DNA from: a virus
Length of the DNA stretch: 42,830 nt
Virus record (IMG/VR): IMGVR_UViG_3300009285_000023
Span: 1-42,830 of that record
Direction: 5' to 3' (one strand)
Shown here: piece after piece, positions 8,020 to 17,460 of the stretch
How the letters are laid out: each line of letters starts with the position of its first letter
Numbering within the stretch: the stretch's first letter is position 1
The notes under the pieces: generated by a model
Seen by the model: only the letters and a program-made list of their open reading frames with translations
The model's database searches: none
What the model was told of the DNA's origin: nothing
Translations under genes and position numbers: made by a program

Positions 8020-11000
8020 TCATCGTTTGACCCTGATTTTACGAGGTTTTTTTACTCTGATTCTGCTGGATTTAGTCCGAAACTTCTTAACCTTACGGAT
8101 TCGAGACTTGGCTATTTTTAATTTGGGTGCTCTAGGCGCTTTAGATAGTTTTAGTTTGGCAGTCCGTTTACTGCCTGACCTTCCCGACCCCCTAGGTCTA
8201 CCCCTAGGACGACCAGTGCTTTTCCGTCCACTTTTTTGGGCTGTTAGACCAGTTTTGAATTTTGGGGTTTTAATCAGACCAGCGGTTGAAAGAGCATTAT
8301 CGTATTGTTGAAGCTGGGAGTAGACTTGGTCTTTATTAGGATTGTTAGCTAGCTGGGTAGCAATTTCGGTTTTACTCTTGGCATAGAGGTCGATAACGCT
8401 CTGGTCGAATTTGGTCTGGATATTCTCTCTCTTATCGGCTTTTATAGTTCCGCTGTAATCGGGTATTCCACCAGCCTTGATAGTCTCCTCATTTTTCTTA
8501 CCCGTCCCACCGAAGAGTTGAAGTTTAGCCGCTCTTAGGGCGTCGCTTACACTATTGCTGACCAATTTAGCCTTCAAGCCATCGTCAGCTTGTTGATATT
8601 CGGGACTGTTGAAAAGGTTGCTCAATAGGCGTTTATTGGTCTGGCCGTAAATTGTTTGTAGCCTGGAGTATTGTTCAGGGTCGAGAATCAGACTCTTGCC
8701 ACCGATATTTTGCGTACCACTAATAGGATTGGGTACGATTTTCTTATCACCAGTTTCGTTATAGAGTCTAGTGACCTCGCCAGTAACTTCATTGGGCTTG
8801 AAATTACTAACAAAAGCTGGGTTGACAGCTACGTTGAATGGATTATTGCCACCCTGCGGATAGACTTCGTTGACATCGCCCAAAGGACTAACTTGGGGTG
8901 ATAGACGTTTTGATAAACCAGGGATAGCATTCTCAATCGTAGCCACTACTTTACCGCCGAATGTTGGGTCATAGGTATTCCGGGCTGTATTATCCGTTAG
9001 TTGTCTAGCCTGCCTAACTAATGCTGGGATAAAAGCTGAAGGGGCGGCTTGAGCGGTCGCTGCTACTCCCTGGATAAGTCCACCTCGATTACCGACTAGA
9101 CGCTGCACGCCCTGTAAAAGGGGTTGCTCAGTCAGTGTTTCGACTCCGGCGGCGGCGTTTCCGATAGTACCACCCAGAGCAACCTTCAATTTATCCTTAC
9201 CACCCGTCTGGCTATTAGCTTCATCCAAATTGGCCCCCATAGCCAAAGAGATGGCCAGGGGTTGTGCCCAATCATAACTCACTAATTGGTCGCCGACTTG
9301 GAGTTTGGCGTCATCGGTCTCAAATCCGCCCAGAACATAACGCTTGAGGGCTGATACATTTATTTTGTATTTACCTAAACCGGTGCTTTTCTGTAGGGCA
9401 CCCAAGTCCCTATTCTCTTTGTTCTCGTCGGTCGTGATAATTCCTAGTTTATGGAGCATTGCTCCCGTTCCGACCAAACCACCAGTGCCAGTTATACCCC
9501 TTGAAACATTCCTGACGAATAAATCTTTATTAAAAGCTCCTTTGCGAACTAGGGGTTTGGCGACATCTACTAGACCTTTTATTAGACCACCGGGCGAAAA
9601 ATCAATTGCCATGTTCACTAAATTAGCAGGAATGCGGGGGTAGTTGAGGACTATACTACCAACCCCAAACTCTTTACCGGCATTTAGTACGTCTTTTTTG
9701 AGTTTTATCGCTCCCCTAGCCAAAAGCCCCTCATCCTCAAAAACCATATTGGTAGCGTACTCGTCAGCTTTCCGCATCAATTCTCTGGTTGGTTTTTGAA
9801 CCTTAGCTCCTTTCATCAGATTTTTGAGCTTCTGGTCATAGGCTGCCCTTCTAAAACCTTTGTCGGCTACTCCCAATACAAAACCTAGACCCTTTTCCAG
9901 ATTCTTACCGACCCTTCCCTTAAAGACTCCAGCCCTATAACCGTATTTACTTTCACCGCCTAGGCTGACTCCCAGTTTCGCTTCCTGAAAACCTTCTTTT
10001 ACGCCTCTCCCGAGTCCCTTAGCCTGAGTTATGAGATTGGGAAAATAAGTAGAGCGGGGCTTACGGGTGACTGCGCTCACCACGGCGTCTAGGGATGTGC
10101 CGATAACATCAGCTACATTCTGTCCTATGTTAGCAATTATGTTACCGCCAATATTTCGGGCGGCAGTTTTGGCATTAAGCAACTGCGCCAGATAAAGTGA
10201 CATCTGCGCTTTTTCACCGCCAGAGCTAGTATCCAACAAAGCTGTATCTCGTAATAGAACGGCCCGAGCTAAATCTTTTTCTCGGCCTTTGGGGATTTTT
10301 TCAATGTCAACTGCCCGCCGGTAAAACTTCATGGCTGTTGGTGAATCAGCTCCTAGCTTAGTTGCCCAGTGAAAAGCTCCACTGGGAGTAGTACGATTGA
10401 TGGCATTAAACATCGCTAGTCCTCTAGCAGTTTCAGTGCCACCAGGAGCTAGAGCCTTAGTTATTTGCCCAGCAACCTCTCCCTCGCCCTGTCTAAGGTG
10501 GTGGGCCAAAAGGACTAATCTGTCGGCCGTTTGTTTATCGGTTAGGGCTTTTTTGGCTGGTACCAGGGCAGTTGCTAGAGCCTGTCCTGGGTTCTTGTTG
10601 AAATCTTTGACCGCCAGTTTTAATACACTTTTTTGTGGTCGTACCATATAAGGAACTTCATCAATTATCTGGTTTAATTCTTTAGCCGTTAGGGGTGTGT
10701 TGGCTTGAACTATTTGAGAGGTTTTGACTGTTTCTGGGAATTGTCTTATCTTTAATTTCGGAATAACCTTAGCTCCTTCTTTAGTGGCTGAGGAAGCAAC
10801 TGCACCCTTAACCCCTTTTATAGTTTTGCCTGGCCCGATGGGTAGGTCGCCGAGAACTGAACCCAGTAACAAACCAGAGGCCGCCAATGCTCCTCGGTTC
10901 TGTTGATTTTCTGCAAAGCTTTTCTGATAAGTATCAATCGGAGTAGTACCCAATAAATTAGTTTGTATTCTGCCTGATGGACTAAATTGTTGTGGCATCG

Positions 11001-11322
11001 GTATCTCAGGATGAAGAGCCTTGGTAATGCTCTGAGCACCTCTAACTCCGCCCCTGAGAATTGGCTGGACTAGTACTCTCTGAGTCGCCTGTCCAGCCGC
11101 ACCAGCAATGTTCCCTGGACTGTATTTTCCAGGTGGAGGTGGACCAGAGAGCTGTCTGAGGAACTGCTCCCTGCTTATCTGTTGTTTTCTAAGAGCCTCT
11201 TTAAGTTGAGCGACGTTTATCTTTTTCGGAGGTGGATTATATGTCCCGAAAGTCCTGCCCCTGTCGAAAGGACTAACTTGGGCAACTGCGCCCCGGAGGA
11301 GATTCCCAAGGCTCAAAGCCAT
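8020..11322 (-). CDS. Large virion protein (internal/ejection or tape-measure-like), 1100 aa
   Basis: Called from size, position, Gly-rich hydrophobic stretches and an extremely basic C-terminal tail. Confidence 0.5.
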   Translation of the reverse strand: MALSLGNLLRGAVAQVSPFDRGRTFGTYNPPPKKINVAQLKEALRKQQISREQFLRQLSGPPPPGKYSPGNIAGAAGQATQRVLVQPILRGGVRGAQSITKALHPEIPMPQQFSPSGRIQTNLLGTTPIDTYQKSFAENQQNRGALAASGLLLGSVLGDLPIGPGKTIKGVKGAVASSATKEGAKVIPKLKIRQFPETVKTSQIVQANTPLTAKELNQIIDEVPYMVRPQKSVLKLAVKDFNKNPGQALATALVPAKKALTDKQTADRLVLLAHHLRQGEGEVAGQITKALAPGGTETARGLAMFNAINRTTPSGAFHWATKLGADSPTAMKFYRRAVDIEKIPKGREKDLARAVLLRDTALLDTSSGGEKAQMSLYLAQLLNAKTAARNIGGNIIANIGQNVADVIGTSLDAVVSAVTRKPRSTYFPNLITQAKGLGRGVKEGFQEAKLGVSLGGESKYGYRAGVFKGRVGKNLEKGLGFVLGVADKGFRRAAYDQKLKNLMKGAKVQKPTRELMRKADEYATNMVFEDEGLLARGAIKLKKDVLNAGKEFGVGSIVLNYPRIPANLVNMAIDFSPGGLIKGLVDVAKPLVRKGAFNKDLFVRNVSRGITGTGGLVGTGAMLHKLGIITTDENKENRDLGALQKSTGLGKYKINVSALKRYVLGGFETDDAKLQVGDQLVSYDWAQPLAISLAMGANLDEANSQTGGKDKLKVALGGTIGNAAAGVETLTEQPLLQGVQRLVGNRGGLIQGVAATAQAAPSAFIPALVRQARQLTDNTARNTYDPTFGGKVVATIENAIPGLSKRLSPQVSPLGDVNEVYPQGGNNPFNVAVNPAFVSNFKPNEVTGEVTRLYNETGDKKIVPNPISGTQNIGGKSLILDPEQYSRLQTIYGQTNKRLLSNLFNSPEYQQADDGLKAKLVSNSVSDALRAAKLQLFGGTGKKNEETIKAGGIPDYSGTIKADKRENIQTKFDQSVIDLYAKSKTEIATQLANNPNKDQVYSQLQQYDNALSTAGLIKTPKFKTGLTAQKSGRKSTGRPRGRPRGSGRSGSKRTAKLKLSKAPRAPKLKIAKSRIRKVKKFRTKSSRIRVKKPRKIRVKR

Positions 11323-11323
11323 T

Positions 11324-12475
11324 TTAGGTTCCTTGGGCTAGAAGCTGTTGCCAGTAATTTTGCCAATAATTGACGGCGTTGGGGTCTTGTAAATTAGCGG
11401 CTTTTATAAGACCAGCGGCAATTTGTTTCTTAGCGAAAATGGGTGCTGAGGAGGTCGTTAATCTCTGGAGCTGGGCGGCTAACTGTGCGGTGCCTTGATT
11501 TTGGATAGGAGTAATTGCCTGCAACCCGCCCATGAACTTCTGATTGGTACCGACTCCAGCAGCAGCTGAAGTCGCATCTTGTAAGCTACCAGTCAGAGAA
11601 CCCTGCAAGGACTGCAGGTCACTTGGGCTATATTGGCCTAGATTCGGAGCTAGGGCTTGGTATTGCGATAGAACATTCTGATAGGGGAGTCGGGCGGTGG
11701 CCGCATATTGACCTATTTGCCCGAGAGTACCAGTCTGATTCTGAATAATCTGGTCGAGGTTCTGGCCGTAAGTGCTGGCAGCGTCTTCCAAAGCCGAGGT
11801 TTGATAAGAACTTGACCCTAAACCTCTGGCGCCATAAATATTAGCCAACTGGCCAGTTGTTTTCCCATAGGTCTGACCCAGATTTTCTGCCTGCTGGCCG
11901 TAATTCCCTATAGCTTGATTTGCCTGCTCGCCAATGTACTGGTTCTGGTTACTGAATAAGGTATTATAGGTACCCTGAAGGGCTGAAATTTTACCTAGAA
12001 TGTCTTGCTGAAGGGCTGTAGTTGTGGGGTTAGCCGTCCCAGCACCACCTCCGCCAGCACCACCTCCGCCAGCACCACCGCCGCCGACTCCACCAGAGGG
12101 CGTAACGCCAAAGAAATCTGCATATTGCTGTTGGCTAGCCGCATCAGACCATAAATTAGTTTGAGGGTTATAGCCAGGGATAGCAAAGGGCACCCCACTG
12201 CCCGTTTTTTGAGCTTTATCGTAAAAACCCCCGTAGGTTGTTCCTTGTGCGGAAGTCGCCTTACCCTTATTGACTATTAGTTTTTTGACGTAATCCAGAA
12301 AAGCCATACTAGTAAATTCTCGTTTGACGACATGTGAATTTACATTTTGCTGATTAAGTGGAGGATACCACAGAAGTCCAATAAAGGTCAACAGGATTAG
12401 AATTTTGGGTACAGAAGCCCCCTCCTTGTAGCCAGGCTTAGGGGTGTGTCTTTTACGTTTTAGCAAAGTAACCAT
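11324..12475 (-). CDS. Gly/Gln-rich virion protein
   Basis: GGVGGGGAGGGGAGGGGAG tract and a Q/N-rich C-terminal part. An N-terminal TM is present if ATG 12475 is used; an alternative start is MAFLDY. Confidence 0.45.
   Translation of the reverse strand: MVTLLKRKRHTPKPGYKEGASVPKILILLTFIGLLWYPPLNQQNVNSHVVKREFTSMAFLDYVKKLIVNKGKATSAQGTTYGGFYDKAQKTGSGVPFAIPGYNPQTNLWSDAASQQQYADFFGVTPSGGVGGGGAGGGGAGGGGAGTANPTTTALQQDILGKISALQGTYNTLFSNQNQYIGEQANQAIGNYGQQAENLGQTYGKTTGQLANIYGARGLGSSSYQTSALEDAASTYGQNLDQIIQNQTGTLGQIGQYAATARLPYQNVLSQYQALAPNLGQYSPSDLQSLQGSLTGSLQDATSAAAGVGTNQKFMGGLQAITPIQNQGTAQLAAQLQRLTTSSAPIFAKKQIAAGLIKAANLQDPNAVNYWQNYWQQLLAQGT
12041..12085. repeat. Three tandem copies of a 15-nt unit (AGCACCACCTCCGCC; third copy has 1 mismatch)
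   Basis: Read directly. It encodes the (GGGGA)n tract on the minus strand. Confidence 0.9.
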
Positions 12476-12640
12476 TCTGGTAGCACCGCGTAGCTAGGAG
12501 CGACGTTACAGGGGCTAGTATATCTGACTCCTAGACTTAGCGCTACCACCAGACTTTCCTTATAGTAAATGATTGTTCGCTTGGTTTTGGGTAGGCCGAA
12601 AACTACAGTTTGTAAAAGTATATGTCATTTAGGTTACATT

Positions 12641-12676
12641 TATAAAAAGAAAACGCCCGCCTAAACACGGTGGGCG
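12641..12676 (-). terminator. Rho-independent terminator
   Basis: On the minus strand: CGCCCACC-GTGTTTA-GGCGGGCG (8 bp including one G-U), followed by TTTTCTTTTTATA. Confidence 0.75.
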
Positions 12677-12750
12677 AGCGCTTTCTGAATACAATTATAT
12701 TCTAAGCTACCGTGTTTAGCATTTTAATAATACCATACTTGTCAAGTTTT

Positions 12751-13566
12751 TTAACGTACTTGGGGTTGGGAAAAAATAGTCGGGAAAGTCCTCTGTAACG
12801 AACGCTTGGTTCTTTCTCTTTCAGCCGCTCCAGCTATATCGAAAAACTGATTATAGTAATCCCTCAAAGCTGGCGATATTGGTTCAGGGTATGTCCCCCG
12901 CTTCCGCAGCATTGCTTGCAATTTAGGCATACCCGTCTGATAAACGGGAGCTACATTAGTATAGTATTCAGGAATATATGAATGTATTTCATTCTGAACT
13001 TCTGGCGGCAAAGACTCCAACCTGGAAAAATCATTCAATTTTTGACCTGCTGAATATCCAGCTAACTGACCCTGAAGATACTCTCGTAGGCCAGGAGAAA
13101 TCCCTTGATTGTAGGCCGCCTTAAAAACATCTCTGCCTGTCCCTCTGGCATATACGTCATGTAATCCCTCGTGGGTTAGAGTACCGACTTGTTGTGCGCC
13201 CCGATAATCAGCTATAAGAATTTTATTGAAAGGATTGGACGCCCCTAGATAAAGACCAGCTGCCCCTCCTCCTGTCAATCCACCGCCAGACTCTAAACCC
13301 AGACTGGCTTGGACAACTTCAGGCCTAGTCGCAGCCAATAAACTCCGAAACTTAGGCGTATATCGGTAGACCTTATCAGCCGAGTGTAAAGCTGCGCCGC
13401 CAGCTGCCTGGCTACCCGGCGTCTGGGGCAGATAATAGTTGGTAATTGAGTCAGGTTTGGAGAACGGGTCATGAGATTGACCCAATATCGGCTGGTAGGG
13501 TCTTTGAGAGCGATAAGCAGTTTTTTCTGCCGCCTCGAATAATCTTTTAAGTTTGCTCGGATTCAT
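12751..13566 (-). CDS. Virion-module protein with an HExxH motif (possible zinc metallopeptidase)
   Basis: LTHEGLHD contains HEGLH. Otherwise no recognised family. Confidence 0.35.
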   Translation of the reverse strand: MNPSKLKRLFEAAEKTAYRSQRPYQPILGQSHDPFSKPDSITNYYLPQTPGSQAAGGAALHSADKVYRYTPKFRSLLAATRPEVVQASLGLESGGGLTGGGAAGLYLGASNPFNKILIADYRGAQQVGTLTHEGLHDVYARGTGRDVFKAAYNQGISPGLREYLQGQLAGYSAGQKLNDFSRLESLPPEVQNEIHSYIPEYYTNVAPVYQTGMPKLQAMLRKRGTYPEPISPALRDYYNQFFDIAGAAERERTKRSLQRTFPTIFSQPQVR

Positions 13567-13567
13567 C

Positions 13568-15556
13568 TTATGTCACCTTCAAACTACTAGGCCAACTGAA
13601 TGGGCTATATGGTCTATGCCTAAAGGCTAGACCTAAGATTACAAAAGTTTCATTGTTCCTAGCGTTGGAAACCTTTACTTTGATGGTTCGGCTTTTGACA
13701 TTTAATTTTACCCTATAAGGGATATTATTGGTAGCGGTGGCTACCGAAGAACTGGAAGCTGCCGACCCACCTAAAAGTTCTTCGCCGAGAGTTTCAGTTC
13801 CCATTCCCCCAGAGACGCTGGAAGTAATCGTGGTCGATTTCGAGACCGTGCCGTTATCGGTGATAAAGTCTAACGTAACCTGTCCAACTAACTGACGGAA
13901 TAGAATCGTACAGTCAACCCATCGCTTGTAAACATTGAAATCACCCAGGTCAAAAGACTTAGAAGTCCACTGAGCGGTGATGGCCGACCCATTAGCGTTA
14001 GAGATGTTAGTTATCTCGTAAACATTTGCCGCCGCTGCATCAGTAAAATAGAAGTGGTCGACATTGGAAGAATCGGTGAACATCGTAAAACACTCAGGCG
14101 TGTAGTGGTCGAGTAAACTCCAAGCTAAAAATCGTCTGTCATAAGTCAGAACTTTATTGTTGGTTGTACCGGAAGTAGTGACACCACAGTAGTAAACATA
14201 CTGATTGAAGATAGCTGTGGCGTTAGCGTAGTAGGCTGGTGAAAGAGTTTCAATGGTTGGGTGGATTCGGGAAGATAGCTCATTGGTTCGGATAACATTA
14301 TAGAAGTTGGGTTCGTTCCCTAGGACATAGACTCCGTTTCTCGACAAGAAGAAGACATCGTTCTCGACATTATCTATGGAGCGGTGCGAAACACAGCCGT
14401 AGTTTTTGGAAATAGCAGCTACCACTGGCGTACCAGTGGAATCAAAGGTCATTTGGAAAACAGCTTTCTCTTTAAAGATAATCAAAGCATCCTGGAACTT
14501 TGCCAGGCCGGTGATTTTATCACCGTCAAGTTTATTGATGTCGACATAATTAGCTCCAGTTCCAGCGAAAGTCGTAGCTCCAGGTACGCCTGTGGCGTCG
14601 GAAAGTTCCCCAGTGGCGTTTGTGAAGTCGGCAGCATCGGTCGAGACTGATATATAAATTCGGTTTAGTTGTCCAGCTACACCGGATGCAATATGATAAC
14701 CAGCATAAAAGATAGAAAAACTGGCTTTAGGGGTCGTGGTGGGGCGGGTCAAGGTAGCGGCCGCCAGTTTACAGCCCCCGCTGGTAGCGTCCCAGATGTA
14801 CATATTGCCCAATCCTTGAGTAAAGTTAATCTGAGCCGAGGAACTTAGAGTGGCTCCTGAAATTGTCGTCCAGGTCGAACCATCGAGGTATTTGAGAGCC
14901 GTCCCGTCTACAGTAAGAAGATAACGGTCATCATTCGCCGTATCGTTATAAAAGCCTAACCCTCTAGGGGCGCTGGATAGACCACTGCCGACAGCCGTGT
15001 AGCCATAGGCTTTCGCCGCCGCCCCACCTTCTACAAATTGGATATTCTGTAGGGACGAGGCTTCTCGGTCATCAATGAGATTATCTGAAATAAGATTATT
15101 AAGACCTCGCCCGACATTTATGACTTCCATTGATTGTAGGGGAGATTGTTCTCTTCTTTGAGGAACAGCCTCTGATTGGACTGGTTGCGTCGTGACGGCT
15201 CGTTTGGGCTGGGAGGCTTTTCTAGGTAGCATCACGGGCGCCCTAAAAGAGTAGGTTTGTTTGATAGACCTACCACCACCCTTCTCAGAAATGGCTATAG
15301 GTCTCCTGATAGGGCTATTGGAAACTAGCCGTGGTTTGGCGGTTTGTTTAGCTGGAATAGCGGTCAGTCTTTGTGTGGGACGTAAAACCTTGCGCTCGGC
15401 AGAGACTTTTTTGGGCAATACCGTAGGCCGCCGAGCGGGTAATTGTAAAACCTTGCGCTCGGCAGACTTTTTAGGCGGTATTGCAATCTTCGGCCTAACC
15501 TGATACTGCGGTTCAAATTGGCGTCGGAATACCTTTTTGGGTACCCGTAAGGCCAT
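13568..15556 (-). CDS. Tail structural protein (662 aa)
   Basis: Called from position and size. Basic repeated N-terminus (SAERKVL twice) and a beta-rich remainder. Confidence 0.45.
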   Translation of the reverse strand: MALRVPKKVFRRQFEPQYQVRPKIAIPPKKSAERKVLQLPARRPTVLPKKVSAERKVLRPTQRLTAIPAKQTAKPRLVSNSPIRRPIAISEKGGGRSIKQTYSFRAPVMLPRKASQPKRAVTTQPVQSEAVPQRREQSPLQSMEVINVGRGLNNLISDNLIDDREASSLQNIQFVEGGAAAKAYGYTAVGSGLSSAPRGLGFYNDTANDDRYLLTVDGTALKYLDGSTWTTISGATLSSSAQINFTQGLGNMYIWDATSGGCKLAAATLTRPTTTPKASFSIFYAGYHIASGVAGQLNRIYISVSTDAADFTNATGELSDATGVPGATTFAGTGANYVDINKLDGDKITGLAKFQDALIIFKEKAVFQMTFDSTGTPVVAAISKNYGCVSHRSIDNVENDVFFLSRNGVYVLGNEPNFYNVIRTNELSSRIHPTIETLSPAYYANATAIFNQYVYYCGVTTSGTTNNKVLTYDRRFLAWSLLDHYTPECFTMFTDSSNVDHFYFTDAAAANVYEITNISNANGSAITAQWTSKSFDLGDFNVYKRWVDCTILFRQLVGQVTLDFITDNGTVSKSTTITSSVSGGMGTETLGEELLGGSAASSSSVATATNNIPYRVKLNVKSRTIKVKVSNARNNETFVILGLAFRHRPYSPFSWPSSLKVT

Positions 15557-16209
15557 TAGAAGTTGCCTATATCACCTGGATAGGTTGAAGCAGCCTCATG
15601 GACACTGCGGCCTCGACGTTGCGGTCGAGAACGATTGTACTGGGAGATGACTTCTTCTAGTTCTTTTTGGAACAAAGCCTCTTCTTGGGACAGATCAGCA
15701 TTGGGGTCTTCGGCTTGGCGGAAGTAGACCAATGCGCCTCTTGCCAAACACATACTCGATGGGAATGGTGTAGTCACAGAAGCATTGATGGACGGTGTGG
15801 TGGTGGTGTAGCGAATGGTCAGTAGCGGTGTACCAGACTCACTAGTGTTTAACAAATAGGTTCCCGTACCTTCTTGGCCGGTTAGCCAATATTTGTAAGT
15901 CCCGGCGGCGTAGTTGTCCTGGTACTCGTAAGGGATTTGTTGGTAGACATTATCGGCATTAGCACCAGAAGTCAGCACGCGGACATCAAGAATCGAATCC
16001 TGACGAATAGCTGCCGGTAGAGTGGCAATACCACTGGCGACCGAAACGGTTGCCGTGGCTTTGGTGAACGGAAAATCGTAACTACGATAAGCTCGTTCCA
16101 GGGCCATTGCCACGAAGCGCTGTCTATCTTCTGTACCGGAAGGCGGCACAGAGCTTTCACCCAGCAGATAGCTGAGGTCTTGCATTATGGTTGTTAGCGT
16201 TAGAGCCAT
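15556..16209 (-). CDS. Head-tail adaptor-like protein
   Basis: ATG 16209 is preceded by GAAAGGAG and the upstream ORF ends at 16223. Function is guessed from position downstream of the capsid gene. Confidence 0.4.
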   Translation of the reverse strand: MALTLTTIMQDLSYLLGESSVPPSGTEDRQRFVAMALERAYRSYDFPFTKATATVSVASGIATLPAAIRQDSILDVRVLTSGANADNVYQQIPYEYQDNYAAGTYKYWLTGQEGTGTYLLNTSESGTPLLTIRYTTTTPSINASVTTPFPSSMCLARGALVYFRQAEDPNADLSQEEALFQKELEEVISQYNRSRPQRRGRSVHEAASTYPGDIGNF

Positions 16210-16222
16210 TATTTTCTCCTTT

Positions 16223-16549
16223 CTATGGAATCCTCGAATATTCGGGGAAGGTTCTAATGAATTTCTTTTCGTTGTCCCGACTAAAGGCTTGTGGGTCGGC
16301 TCGCTCGATGGCGTATTTAGCACCCACGGGAAGCCGGTAGGCAGCTTTCCAGTTGGATTTTTTATTTTTGACTATGTTCCGTCTGAACTCGGCGTTATCC
16401 TCAGCGCACATCCGATTGATTGTTGGGTTGTCGGGGTTGAGGGAAAACCAGAGTTTTCTAGCCTCCAGCCATCTCGAAGGCCCGGGCGGTTCTTTCATTA
16501 CCCGGTCTATGGCTTTAGAAAAGGTGTTTAGGGCTTGGGTTGGAAACAT
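16223..16549 (-). CDS. Hypothetical protein (108 aa)
   Basis: ORF between the capsid gene and the adaptor-like gene. Confidence 0.5.
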   Translation of the reverse strand: MFPTQALNTFSKAIDRVMKEPPGPSRWLEARKLWFSLNPDNPTINRMCAEDNAEFRRNIVKNKKSNWKAAYRLPVGAKYAIERADPQAFSRDNEKKFIRTFPEYSRIP

Positions 16550-16555
16550 GGTGAT

Positions 16556-16574
16556 GAGGGGCCTTTCACCCCTC
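16556..16574 (-). promoter_or_regulatory. Stem-loop immediately after the capsid stop codon
   Basis: GAGGGG-7 nt-CCCCTC with no U-tract. Possible attenuator or RNA stabiliser. Confidence 0.25.
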
Positions 16575-16579
16575 TGGTT

Positions 16580-17460
16580 TTAAAGGTGAGCGAAGCCAAT
16601 GAATGAGCTGTTTTCAGCTCGGGCTTCGACTGTTAGTTCCCCGGCAATCATGCCCTTACTGGAAAGACCAGTTTTGGCAATCTCCTCGTAGTGAGGTTCG
16701 TCGAGGTGGGCAATAGCCCATTTTTCTTTTTCTAGGCCAACGATGTCTAGGTTGTTGTCCCCAGAAACAGTTACCCAACGGTGTTTGTGTACTTCAACTC
16801 GACCGAAGTCGGAGTCATAAGTATCAATGGCGTTGTAAACTTGTTTGGTGTCAGCGTTGACGAAGCGGGTGTTGGTGTTAGTGAAGCCACTGATGCGTCG
16901 CTTCAGGGTGCCACCGACGAGTAACATATTGACATTTCCACCTTGGTTCCAAGCATTTTGGAGGTAGGTGTTCATTATGTTCTCAGACAGCGAAACGCCT
17001 GATTGTGCAGTAGAAAGTGTGCTTATCGCATACTTAATACCTTGCATCTGGCGAGCAGCCGAACCGGTACCGGAGATGAGGGTCGAACGAAGGACGGCGT
17101 AATCCGCAAAGCGGCGCCATTCCCTCATAGCCTTCTGCATCTCGTAGGAGTATCGGTCTTTGAAACCGGCTGGATTGGAAGCTCGGTCCGAACTTGAAAC
17201 TTGGAATTCAGACGTAATAATCTGAGTCCAGTTTGAACTTCGGGTTGGATTGGTACGAGCGGCGAATGTCGCATCGGCACCTTCCACACGGGCTACCAAG
17301 GATATAGCGGCCAAAGTATCAGTATTCCATTGGTGTTGGACGGCTGTAGCCTTTGACTTTTGTAAACCAACATACAACTGGTCTTCATCGGGAGAAATGT
17401 TGACGATGAGGTCAAGCAAGCTCTCACGAATGGCCCGGTTATCGTCAGTGTTGTTACTTT
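16580..17460 (-). CDS. Major capsid protein, SU10-type, proposed exon 2
   Basis: LLDLIVNISPDEDQLY...HQWNTDTLAA...EGAD... matches the SU10-like MCP pattern. The frame is open upstream to 17472 but has no ATG or GTG start; the only start-type codon is TTG at 17419. Confidence 0.8.

Noticed and set aside
8671-10906. Plus-strand ORFs (8671-8901, 9344-9643, 10397-10651, 10724-10906) inside the 1100-aa gene. Similar antisense ORFs occur elsewhere (415-732, 14384-14650, 18200-18613, 20405-20806, 22598-23228, 28313-28986).
   Set aside because: They lie entirely within long, motif-supported ORFs on the opposite strand. They lack an RBS and translate to low-complexity sequence. These are shadow ORFs.
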